From a virus: a stretch of DNA of 64,000 nucleotides. The stretch spans positions 64,001 to 128,000 of the IMG/VR virus record IMGVR_UViG_3300021962_000025, one strand, 5' to 3'. Below, one piece after another: positions 36,795 to 45,667 of the stretch. Position 1 is the first letter of the stretch; the number at the start of each line of letters is the position of its first letter. The notes beneath the pieces are model-generated. The model did no database searches. It had not been told where the DNA came from and saw only the letters and a list, made by a program, of their open reading frames with translations. The position numbers and the translations under genes are program-made.

Positions 36795-37646
36795 ATGAAC
36801 AATTCGATTGACGCGATTCTTTCTCAATATCAGAAGAATACGCAACCTGCCGCAAGCGGCAACAAAATGTCGAGTGAAGATCGACTAAAAAAGTACTTCA
36901 CAACTATTTTACCTAAAGGTTCTAACTCTTCACAGAAGAGAATAAGAATTCTACCTACAACAGATGGATCAAGTCCATTTAAAGAAGTCGAGTTTCACGA
37001 AATCCAAGTAAATGGTAAGTGGTTGAAACTTTATGATCCCGCTCAAGACGGTGATAGATCACCCCTGAACGAGGTTAGAAAAAGTTTGGAATCAACAGGT
37101 GTTGAGAGTGATAAAGTACTCGCAAGATCTTACAGATCTAGAAAGTTCTACATTGTTAAAGTCATTGACAGAGACAACGAACAAGATGGACCTAAGTTTT
37201 GGAGATTTAAACACAACTACAAAGGTGACGGACCTTTTGACAAAATTATCCCTATCATCAGAAGTAAAGGTGATATCACGGATATGTTAGAGGGTAGAGA
37301 TTTGATTCTTTCGTTAACTCTTAACAAAGCACCTAACGGTAGAGAGTACACCACCATTAATTCAATTATTCAGGAAGACAAGAGTGGACTACACTCAGAT
37401 CCTGAAATTGCTAATGAGTGGATTAACGATCCCGACACATGGAGAGATGTATACTCAGTTAAACCATTAGAATATTTGGAAATGGTTGCGTTGGGTGAGG
37501 TACCTGTGTGGGATTCCGAATCAAAGAAATATGTGTCTAGTTCAGAATCTGAAAGTGACTACGGACATACATCTACCTTAAGTCCTAAGGTAGAAGTTGA
37601 AGATCCACAAGTTAATGAGGATGTTGATGATGATTTACCATTCTAA
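36795..37646 (+). CDS. Single-stranded DNA-binding protein (T4 gp32-like)
   Basis: RIRILP...PFKEVEFH, RKFYIVKVIDRD...GPKFWRF, GRDLIL, acidic tail ending DDDLPF. Confidence 0.85.
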   Translation: MNNSIDAILSQYQKNTQPAASGNKMSSEDRLKKYFTTILPKGSNSSQKRIRILPTTDGSSPFKEVEFHEIQVNGKWLKLYDPAQDGDRSPLNEVRKSLESTGVESDKVLARSYRSRKFYIVKVIDRDNEQDGPKFWRFKHNYKGDGPFDKIIPIIRSKGDITDMLEGRDLILSLTLNKAPNGREYTTINSIIQEDKSGLHSDPEIANEWINDPDTWRDVYSVKPLEYLEMVALGEVPVWDSESKKYVSSSESESDYGHTSTLSPKVEVEDPQVNEDVDDDLPF

Positions 37647-37656
37647 ATAGAACTAT

Positions 37657-37740
37657 GGGTCCCCACCTCGAAAAAAATGATGTGTGAACATCTGGTGGAG
37701 CAGAAACCGATTATATCGGCCCTGAGGATGGGGACCCTTT
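37657..37740 (+). ncRNA. Candidate structured RNA element (three-way junction) between gp32 and recA
   Basis: Outer stem GGGTCCCCA-CCTC / GAGG-A-TGGGGACCC encloses GATGT-GTGA-ACATC (GNRA loop) and CCGAT-TAT-ATCGG. No family recognised. Confidence 0.5.
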
Positions 37741-37755
37741 TATAAAAATTATCAT

Positions 37756-38757
37756 ATGGCAATTAAAAAGAAAGATTTTAAAAGTATCAAATCAAAGTTC
37801 TCTGTTCAGGCGAAATTTAAGTCTGATAAGTTTTTTGACTTGGGTGATGCTTTCTTAGACGCAACAGGATTACCTGGACCTGCCATGGGACACATTAATA
37901 TGTTCTTAGGTCACTCAGATACGGGTAAAACTACGGCATTGGTAAAGACCGCCGTGGACGCACAAAAGAAAGGTGTTTTACCTGTCTTCATTATTACCGA
38001 ACAAAAATGGGATTTTCCTCACGCAAAGTTGATGGGTCTCGAAGTTGAAGAAGTAGTGGACGAAGAAACGGGTGAAATAGAATATGATGGTTTCTTCCTA
38101 TTCAACAATCAATTTGAGTATATCGAACAAATCACCGATTACATTAATGAATTGTTGGACGCACAGAAAAAGGGCGAAATCGAATATGACATGTTATTCT
38201 TATGGGATTCAGTTGGATCCGTTCCATGTAAAATGACCTTCGATGGTAAAGGTGGTAAACAACACAACGCATCGGTATTGTCAGATAAAATAGGAATGGG
38301 ACTTAACCAAAGAATCTCAGGATCAAGACGAGTAGATTCTCCATACACAAACACTTTAGTTATTGTTAACCAACCATGGGTTGAGTTACCTGATAACCCA
38401 TTTGGTCAACCTAAGATCAAAGCAAAAGGTGGTGAGTCTGTGTGGTTAAACTCAACATTGGTATTCAGATATGGAAATCAGAAAAATGCGGGAACTAACC
38501 CAATCTCAGCCGTTAAAGGTGGGAGAAAAGTAAAGTTCGCAACTAAAAGTAAGATTTCTATCATGAAGAACCACGTAAATGGTCTTGGTTACGAAGATGG
38601 CAGAATCATTGTTACGGCACATGGATTCCTAAAAGGAAAAGATGCGGCCGAGGAGAAAAAATCCTTAGAACAATACAAGAGTGAGTACTCAGAATATTGG
38701 AAAAATCAACTTGGTGAAGGGGGAGACTTTGTCATCAGAGAAGAGGATGGGGATTAG
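37756..38757 (+). CDS. recA: RecA/UvsX-family recombinase
   Basis: GHSDTGKT Walker A, FLWDSVG Walker B, VIVNQPW, KAKGGE. Confidence 0.9.
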   Translation: MAIKKKDFKSIKSKFSVQAKFKSDKFFDLGDAFLDATGLPGPAMGHINMFLGHSDTGKTTALVKTAVDAQKKGVLPVFIITEQKWDFPHAKLMGLEVEEVVDEETGEIEYDGFFLFNNQFEYIEQITDYINELLDAQKKGEIEYDMLFLWDSVGSVPCKMTFDGKGGKQHNASVLSDKIGMGLNQRISGSRRVDSPYTNTLVIVNQPWVELPDNPFGQPKIKAKGGESVWLNSTLVFRYGNQKNAGTNPISAVKGGRKVKFATKSKISIMKNHVNGLGYEDGRIIVTAHGFLKGKDAAEEKKSLEQYKSEYSEYWKNQLGEGGDFVIREEDGD

Positions 38758-38789
38758 AAATTTTTTGTTGAACCTATAAAAGGTTTTAA

Positions 38790-39809
38790 ATGTCAGTTTT
38801 ATTAGTAGACGGAGATAACTTACTTACTATCGGTTTTTTTGGAGTAAAAAATTACTTCTATAAAGGAGATCATATTGGTGGTATTTATCACTTCCTCAAC
38901 ACATTAAGAAAATCCTTTGAAAACTACAGACTTGATAAGATTGTGGTTTTTTGGGACGGGGAAGACGGTGCGGCTACTCGTAAAAGAATGTACCATCGTT
39001 ATAAAGAAAATAGGAGAGAAAGGGTACGTACCGATAACGAAAAGGAATCTTACACAAGACAAAGACGTAGAATCCAACAATACTTAGAAGAACTCTATGT
39101 TCGACAAGGTGAATTTGAATTCTGTGAAACAGATGACTGTATTGCGTTTTATACACAAAATACAGATGAGAATTGTATTGTGTATTCTTCTGACGGAGAC
39201 CTTACTCAGTTAGTGTCGACTAACGTAAGGGTATATAACCCCTCTCACAGACACCTTTACGAACAAAATGACATCATACCTTATGATAAAGAAGAGATCC
39301 ACATACAGAACGTTAAAATCGTTAAAATGATATGTGGGGATCGGTCCGATAACATCGCGGGAATAAAGAACATGGGAATCAAAAAATTTATATCCATGTT
39401 CCCCGAAGTAAAGGAACGACCAATCACCATGAATGAGGTGATTGAGAAAACCAACAAAATGTTCGAGGAGGATAAACATAATTCTACGGTTAAGAACCTG
39501 TTAACAGGTGTCACCAAATACGGGGTCTACGGAGAAGAATTTTTTACTCTTAATGAAAGTATCGTCAGTTTAGATCACCCATTTCTAACAGACGAGGCAA
39601 GAGAGACAATTGTTGAACTTATTAAGGAGAATTTAGACCCTGAAGGACGTTCATATAAAAATACCATGAAGATGATGATGGAAGATGGAATCTTTACGGT
39701 TCTACCTAAATCAGATGACGCGTGGATAAATTTCCTAAACCCTTTCCTTCGTTTAACGCGTAAGGAGAAAAATAAAAAAATAATAAAATTTAAAAACGAT
39801 GAGTACTAA
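38790..39809 (+). CDS. 5'-3' exonuclease / T4 RNase H-like flap nuclease
   Basis: LLVDGDN, VVFWDG, ETDDCIA, SSDGDLTQL, GDRSDNIAGI. Confidence 0.9.
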   Translation: MSVLLVDGDNLLTIGFFGVKNYFYKGDHIGGIYHFLNTLRKSFENYRLDKIVVFWDGEDGAATRKRMYHRYKENRRERVRTDNEKESYTRQRRRIQQYLEELYVRQGEFEFCETDDCIAFYTQNTDENCIVYSSDGDLTQLVSTNVRVYNPSHRHLYEQNDIIPYDKEEIHIQNVKIVKMICGDRSDNIAGIKNMGIKKFISMFPEVKERPITMNEVIEKTNKMFEEDKHNSTVKNLLTGVTKYGVYGEEFFTLNESIVSLDHPFLTDEARETIVELIKENLDPEGRSYKNTMKMMMEDGIFTVLPKSDDAWINFLNPFLRLTRKEKNKKIIKFKNDEY

Positions 39810-40242
39810 CGAAACAACTAAATGTGAATTTCTATTAACCCTTAGTGGTAATATTATTTGTCAAAGATTCTTCAATGTTAGAAATTTTAACAACGAGTCG
39901 CGAAGATCTATGGACATTTACTATAATGTGAAAAATATTTGTGAAGAAATTACCGCAGATTTGAAAGAAAAAACTTTGGAATATCTACACGATAATCAAA
40001 ATTATTTTCCACTTTTCGACCCTTCGACCGATGAAGGACCGGACACTGAAGAGTACTTTTTACTAGAGATTAAGCAGGAAAACGATGTATTTATTTCAAG
40101 AGTATTCCCCGCACATATCTTCCATCCTAAGGTTAGATATGCGGTGGACATTCGACCAAAGTTGAGAAGAATCCTAGGTGGACTTAGTGAGACACTGTCT
40201 TCGACCAACTTAGAAAAAAAATACCTCAATTACGAACTATAA
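39799..40242 (+). CDS. Hypothetical protein in the replication operon
   Basis: 147-aa ORF overlapping the upstream gene's stop and collinear with the operon. Confidence 0.7.
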   Translation: MSTNETTKCEFLLTLSGNIICQRFFNVRNFNNESRRSMDIYYNVKNICEEITADLKEKTLEYLHDNQNYFPLFDPSTDEGPDTEEYFLLEIKQENDVFISRVFPAHIFHPKVRYAVDIRPKLRRILGGLSETLSSTNLEKKYLNYEL

Positions 40243-40271
40243 AAAAAAGATGAAAAAGTAAATTTTGAACA

Positions 40272-41663
40272 ATGACAGAAAATAATTTTAACAAATTAGG
40301 GAATCAATTCCAACAAGTATTAATTAAATCAATAATAGAAGATCCAAAGTACGGAGAGCAGATAATTGAGGTTTTAGAAAGTAAATATTTTGATAATAAC
40401 TCCTTTAGATATATTGTACAAAACATAAAAGAATTAACGGACACGTATCGTAAAATTCCTAATTATGTTACATTAAAACAAAAGATATCTGAGGATACCG
40501 CATCAAACCCAATTGCAGGACGATTACACACGGATACTCTCCAAGAGATTGAAAATTTGGAGGAAACTATTATGGGTCCAACATACGTGAAGGACACATC
40601 ACTAAATTTCTGTAAACAACAAAATCTATTAAAAACCCTAAAGAAGGTTAATGGTATTGCGGAGAATGGGGAGTTCCAAAACTATGAGAAAATCCAAGAG
40701 ATGATCGTTGAGGCACTACAAGTTGGTACTACTGATGATGATATCGTTGATATTTTAGAAGACCTTGAGTCTGCTTTAGAGAAGGATACCAGAACACCAA
40801 TACCGACAGGGGTTGCAGGATTAGATAATCTTTTAAAAGGTGGTTTAGGTCATGGTGAGTTAGGTATGGTTATTGCCCCCACGGGGGTTGGTAAGTCTAC
40901 AATTCTTACCAAGTTTGCCAATACCGCGGCGAATACAGGATTTAAGGTGGTACATATCTTTTTCGAGGATAGAGAATCTGAAATTAGAAAAAAACACTAC
41001 ACGATATGGTCTGGAAAACCAAGTGATTGGCAAACCGAATCACAAGAGAATAAGGACTTCGTAATCCAAAAAGTTAAAGAGACAACCAACCACCCAAACT
41101 TCGGTGCGTTGAAACTCATCAAAATGGAAAGTGACAGAACCAGTGTTGGTGAAATCAGACGTAAACTAAGAAAATTAGAGTCCCAAGGGTTTAAACCTGA
41201 TCTTTTAGTCATAGATTATATAGATTGTGTTTCATCTGATAAGGGTGTTTTCGGTGAGGAGTGGAAAGGTGAAGGTTCAGTAATTAGGGCGGTTGAGTCA
41301 ATGTGTGCTGAACTTAATATGGCAATATGGACCGCCGCTCAAGGTAATAGAGGGTCGATTTCTGCGGATATTGTAAATGTGGATGATATGGGAGGGTCTA
41401 TTAAAAAGGCTCAATCAGCCCACGTGATTATTTCAATTGCTAAGAGTTTAGAACAAAAAGAAAATAAGACCGCCAACGTTACATTAGTAAAATCAAGGAT
41501 TGGTAGGGACGGTGTTAACTTCGTTAACTGTAAGTTCGATAATGAATACTTAGATATCGACGTAAGTGAACAGGAGACATTATTAGGACATCAAATGCGT
41601 AAGAGTGAAGATGGACTTAAAAGAGCTCAGGAACTTTACAAGAAGACACACGGAATTCAATAA
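40272..41663 (+). CDS. dnaB: Replicative DnaB/gp41-like helicase
   Basis: APTGVGKS Walker A, LLVIDYID Walker B, WTAAQGNR, VKSRIG. Confidence 0.9.
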   Translation: MTENNFNKLGNQFQQVLIKSIIEDPKYGEQIIEVLESKYFDNNSFRYIVQNIKELTDTYRKIPNYVTLKQKISEDTASNPIAGRLHTDTLQEIENLEETIMGPTYVKDTSLNFCKQQNLLKTLKKVNGIAENGEFQNYEKIQEMIVEALQVGTTDDDIVDILEDLESALEKDTRTPIPTGVAGLDNLLKGGLGHGELGMVIAPTGVGKSTILTKFANTAANTGFKVVHIFFEDRESEIRKKHYTIWSGKPSDWQTESQENKDFVIQKVKETTNHPNFGALKLIKMESDRTSVGEIRRKLRKLESQGFKPDLLVIDYIDCVSSDKGVFGEEWKGEGSVIRAVESMCAELNMAIWTAAQGNRGSISADIVNVDDMGGSIKKAQSAHVIISIAKSLEQKENKTANVTLVKSRIGRDGVNFVNCKFDNEYLDIDVSEQETLLGHQMRKSEDGLKRAQELYKKTHGIQ

Positions 41664-41683
41664 GAATAATAAAATTTTAGAAA

Positions 41684-42658
41684 ATGACTGAAAAGATTTT
41701 ACAAGAAAATCAGGGACGTTTCGTCCTTTTTCCTATCGAACATCATGACATATGGAAGTTCTATAAACAACAAGAAGCGTCATTTTGGACTGCGGAAGAA
41801 ATTGATTTAGCTCAAGATATAAGTGACTGGTCAAATAAATTAAACGACGATGAAAGACACTTTGTTAAACACGTTCTGGCATTCTTTGCTGCCTCTGATG
41901 GTATTGTGAATGAGAATTTGGCGGAGAATTTTGTAAATGAAGTTCAATACACTGAGGCCAAATTCTTTTATGGGTTCCAAATTGCTATGGAGAACATTCA
42001 CAGTGAAACCTATTCATTGTTGATTGACACCTATATTAAAGATGTTGAGGAACAAAATTATTTGTTTAATGCAATTGAGACAATTCCTGCAATTAAGAAA
42101 AAGGCGTCGTGGGCACTTAAGTGGATCGAGTCTGATTCTTTTGCTGAAAGATTAATTGCATTCGCGGCGGTTGAGGGTATCTTCTTTTCAGGATCATTCT
42201 GTTCTATTTTCTGGCTCAAAAAACGTGGTTTAATGCCGGGACTTACATTCTCTAATGAATTAATTTCAAGAGATGAGGGGTTACATTGTGATTTTGCTTG
42301 TCACTTGTACAATGAGCACATTGAGAAAAAGTTATCACACAAACGAATTAAGGAGATCATCGTCTCCGCATTAGAGATTGAAAAGGAGTTTATTTTAGAG
42401 GCTCTACCTGTTAGATTAATTGGTATGAATGCCGACCTAATGTCTCAGTATTTGGAGTTTGTTGCTGACAGACTTTTAGATTCATTAGGGGTACCAAAAC
42501 ATTTTAATTCAGAAAACCCTTTTGATTTTATGCAAAACATCGCACTACAGGGTAAGACTAACTTCTTTGAGAAGAGAGTGGCTGAGTACCAAAAAGCGGG
42601 TGTGAATAAAGATGCCGAAGAGGATTTAGATTCCGCTTTTGGTGATATGGATTTTTAA
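41684..42658 (+). CDS. nrdB: Class Ia ribonucleotide reductase small subunit
   Basis: [22 protein letters not shown] (radical Tyr), [26 protein letters not shown]. Confidence 0.97.
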   Translation: MTEKILQENQGRFVLFPIEHHDIWKFYKQQEASFWTAEEIDLAQDISDWSNKLNDDERHFVKHVLAFFAASDGIVNENLAENFVNEVQYTEAKFFYGFQIAMENIHSETYSLLIDTYIKDVEEQNYLFNAIETIPAIKKKASWALKWIESDSFAERLIAFAAVEGIFFSGSFCSIFWLKKRGLMPGLTFSNELISRDEGLHCDFACHLYNEHIEKKLSHKRIKEIIVSALEIEKEFILEALPVRLIGMNADLMSQYLEFVADRLLDSLGVPKHFNSENPFDFMQNIALQGKTNFFEKRVAEYQKAGVNKDAEEDLDSAFGDMDF

Positions 42659-42672
42659 AAATTTGAAATAAG

Positions 42673-45126
42673 ATGAAGGTAAAAAAGAGAGACGGGTCCT
42701 TAGAGGAAATGAGATATGATAAGATCACAAGAAGAATTTCTGCCTTGTGTTCTGACTTAAATTTAGATTATGTGGATCCCACATATATTACCCTTAAGGT
42801 TACACAGGGAATATACGATGGAATATCAACCACTGAGTTAGATGTATTGGCGGCGGAAACTGCGGCGTCGATGACAACAACACATCCTGATTACGCAAGG
42901 TTATCGGGACGTATCGCAGTGACTAACCTACATAAAACAACCCCAAAAAAATTCTCACAGTCTATAAAGGAACTCTACTCATTTATTGAGCCAAGAACTG
43001 GTGTCGAATCTTCATTGATTTCTGACGAGTTATATGAATTCGTCATGAAAAATAGGTCTATAGTCGATGGTGCCATTGTACAAGAGAGAGACTTTGATTT
43101 TGACTATTTTGGGTTTAAAACCTTGGAAAGATCTTATCTTTTAAAAATAAGTGACCGAATAGTGGAAAGACCACAATACATGTACATGAGGGTTGCTCTC
43201 GGTATTTGTAATGGTGATTTGGAAATGGGTCTTAAAATATATGACGACCTATCACAACATTTCTATACACATGCAACCCCAACCCTTTTTAATGCGGGGA
43301 CTAGAAGACCACAAATGTCTTCATGTTTTCTAATTGGTAACAAGGGTGATGATATTAATGGATTATTTGATACAATAAAAGACGTGGCAAATATTTCCAA
43401 GTGGGCAGGTGGTATCGGTCTTCACGTACATGATGTGAGAGCCAAGGGTTCTTATATTAAGGGAACGGGTGGAGAATCCGACGGATTAATCCCAATGATG
43501 AAAACTTATAACGAGGTTGCTCGTTGGATTAATCAGGGTGGTAAAAGAAAGGGATCGTTCGCGGTTTATTTGGAACCATGGCACTCAGACATCTTTGAAT
43601 TTATTGATCTGAGAAAAAACCATGGTAAGGAGGAGATGAGAGCAAGGGATCTATTCCTCGCTATGTGGACTCCCGATTTATTTATGGAACGTGTTGAACA
43701 AGATGGGGATTGGACTCTGTTCTCACCCAATGAAGCACCTGGATTGTCTGATGTCTACGACTCACCCGACAGTAAAAACTTTACAGAATTGTATACACAA
43801 TATGAAAGTGAAGGTAGAGGACGTAGAGTTATCAAGGCGAGAAAATTAATGGATGCCATTTTGACAGCACAGATTGAGACAGGAACGCCTTATATGTTGT
43901 ATAAGGATGCTGCAAACTATAAGTCAAATCAACAAAATTTAGGTACCATCAAGTCATCTAATTTGTGTACCGAGATTATTGAATACAGTTCACCAACGGA
44001 ACAGGCAGTATGTAATCTTGCATCTATTGCTTTACCTAAGTATATTATAGACGGTGAGTTTAGTCATGAACTTTTGTATGAGTATGTCTATCAAGTTGTT
44101 AGAAACTTAAACAACGTTATTGACCTAAACTTTTACCCTACCGAGGAAACAAAAAGATCTAACTTTAGACACAGACCTGTTGGTTTAGGTGTACAAGGTT
44201 TGGCAGATGTTTTCTGTATGTTGAGATTACCTTTTGAAAGCGAGGAGGCGGATAAATTACAAACAGATATTTTTGAGACAATCTATTTTGCGGCTATGAC
44301 CTCATCAAAGGATTTATCAAAAGAAGTTGGACCGTATGAATCTATTTCAGGATCTCCTGTTGAAAAGGGGGTCTTCCAATACCAAATGTGGGGACTTAAA
44401 GATAAAGACCTATCTGGTAGATGGGATTGGACATCACTCAGAAAAGAAGTGGTTAAATTTGGTGTAAGAAATTCACTATTGTTCGCTCCGATGCCAACCG
44501 CATCCACCGCACAGATATTAGGTAATAATGAGGCGTTTGAACCATTTACAACAAATCTTTATTCTCGTAGAACTTTAGGTGGTGAGTTTATTGTTATAAA
44601 TAAACATCTAGTAAAAGAGTTAATGAGTAGTGGATTCTGGAATGATGAGATTAAGGATAAACTCATAATGGAAAATGGGTCGGTTCAAAACATTCCTGAA
44701 ATACCAACAGAAATTAAAGAAATTTATAAAACTGTTTGGGAAATGTCTCAGAAACGATTGCTAAACATGGCGGCTAATAGATCGGTATTTATTGATCAAT
44801 CACAATCATTAAATCTTTTTATTAGTAATGCCACTAAAGCGAAGTTATTGGCCGCTCATTTACATGGATGGAAATTGGGTCTTAAAACGGGTATGTATTA
44901 TTTAAGAACAAGATCTGCGGTTGACCCACTTAAAGGGTTGGGTATTAGTACTACTAAAACACAACCTCTCCCCGAACAAACTGTAAATGAAACTATAGAA
45001 CATAAAGAAAATCCAACACCTACGTCAAATTCTTTGTTAAGTGACAACACGGTGTTAGAAATGGTATCACAACCAACCATAAGACCTGATGACTCTCCGT
45101 TTGATTGTGAAGGTTGTGGTTCTTAA
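42673..45126 (+). CDS. nrdA: Class Ia ribonucleotide reductase large subunit with N-terminal ATP cone
   Basis: VKKRDG ATP cone, QMSSCFL, SNLCTEI, AVCNLAS, PTASTAQILG, GMYYLR, C-terminal CEGCGS. Confidence 0.97.
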   Translation: MKVKKRDGSLEEMRYDKITRRISALCSDLNLDYVDPTYITLKVTQGIYDGISTTELDVLAAETAASMTTTHPDYARLSGRIAVTNLHKTTPKKFSQSIKELYSFIEPRTGVESSLISDELYEFVMKNRSIVDGAIVQERDFDFDYFGFKTLERSYLLKISDRIVERPQYMYMRVALGICNGDLEMGLKIYDDLSQHFYTHATPTLFNAGTRRPQMSSCFLIGNKGDDINGLFDTIKDVANISKWAGGIGLHVHDVRAKGSYIKGTGGESDGLIPMMKTYNEVARWINQGGKRKGSFAVYLEPWHSDIFEFIDLRKNHGKEEMRARDLFLAMWTPDLFMERVEQDGDWTLFSPNEAPGLSDVYDSPDSKNFTELYTQYESEGRGRRVIKARKLMDAILTAQIETGTPYMLYKDAANYKSNQQNLGTIKSSNLCTEIIEYSSPTEQAVCNLASIALPKYIIDGEFSHELLYEYVYQVVRNLNNVIDLNFYPTEETKRSNFRHRPVGLGVQGLADVFCMLRLPFESEEADKLQTDIFETIYFAAMTSSKDLSKEVGPYESISGSPVEKGVFQYQMWGLKDKDLSGRWDWTSLRKEVVKFGVRNSLLFAPMPTASTAQILGNNEAFEPFTTNLYSRRTLGGEFIVINKHLVKELMSSGFWNDEIKDKLIMENGSVQNIPEIPTEIKEIYKTVWEMSQKRLLNMAANRSVFIDQSQSLNLFISNATKAKLLAAHLHGWKLGLKTGMYYLRTRSAVDPLKGLGISTTKTQPLPEQTVNETIEHKENPTPTSNSLLSDNTVLEMVSQPTIRPDDSPFDCEGCGS

Positions 45127-45150
45127 TTGATTTTTTAATCTCGTTTTTTT

Positions 45151-45176
45151 AACCCCTCGATATCGAGGGGTTTTTT
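45151..45176 (+). terminator. Rho-independent terminator after nrdA
   Basis: Perfect 22-nt palindrome AACCCCTCGATATCGAGGGGTT followed by a T run. Confidence 0.8.
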
Positions 45177-45202
45177 ATTTACACTCATTTTACTATTGAA
45201 TA

Positions 45203-45210
45203 TATTTATT
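45203..45210 (+). promoter_or_regulatory. Putative late promoter motif TATTTATT (gp25)
   Basis: 3 nt before the ATG at 45214, downstream of the nrdA terminator. Confidence 0.55.
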
Positions 45211-45213
45211 AGT

Positions 45214-45666
45214 ATGGCAGTAACCTATGGAATTGATTTCCCCTTTAGGGAAAGTGTAACAGGAGATTATTTTAAAATGACGACCTCACCTGAAAAAGAG
45301 GTTCGTGCTAACCTTATACACCTTATTTTAACTAAAAAAGGTAGTAGATTTTATTTACCTGATTTTGGTACGAGAATTTACGAATATATTTTCGATCAAA
45401 ATGATATGGTTACATTTAATTTAATTGAGGAAGAAATCAGAGAGGGTTGTAGAAAATATTTACCTAATCTAGATATTAATTCTATAAAAGTAATTTCTGC
45501 GGAAGAAGACCCCACATCACATTCTAAAGTAGATGAAGATGATGATGAGAGACTATTCAGATTAGCGGACGAATCTACTAAACCGTATACTGCGAAAGTG
45601 AAGATAGATTACACTGTTAATGATGGTGCCTTTTCCTCTTCAGATTTCGTTATAATTAACATATAA
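45214..45666 (+). CDS. Baseplate wedge protein (T4 gp25-like)
   Basis: Start reassigned to the ATG 3 nt after TATTTATT. GIDFPF...NLIHLILTKKGSRFYLPDFGTRIYEYIFD. Confidence 0.85.
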   Translation: MAVTYGIDFPFRESVTGDYFKMTTSPEKEVRANLIHLILTKKGSRFYLPDFGTRIYEYIFDQNDMVTFNLIEEEIREGCRKYLPNLDINSIKVISAEEDPTSHSKVDEDDDERLFRLADESTKPYTAKVKIDYTVNDGAFSSSDFVIINI

Positions 45667-45667
45667 G

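Noticed and set aside
37657-37740. Hammerhead, HDV-like ribozyme, SAM-I riboswitch, box C/D or tRNA identity for the structured element
   Set aside because: CUGAGGA and GAAA are not flanked by the required stems and the U-H site is missing. There is no HDV P1/P3 nesting. The SAM-I words are in the wrong order. There is no cloverleaf or T-loop.
9350-45126. Inteins or group I introns in pol, helicases, recA and nrdAB
   Set aside because: The ORFs are continuous, motif spacing looks normal, and no C...HN splice or LAGLIDADG signatures were seen.
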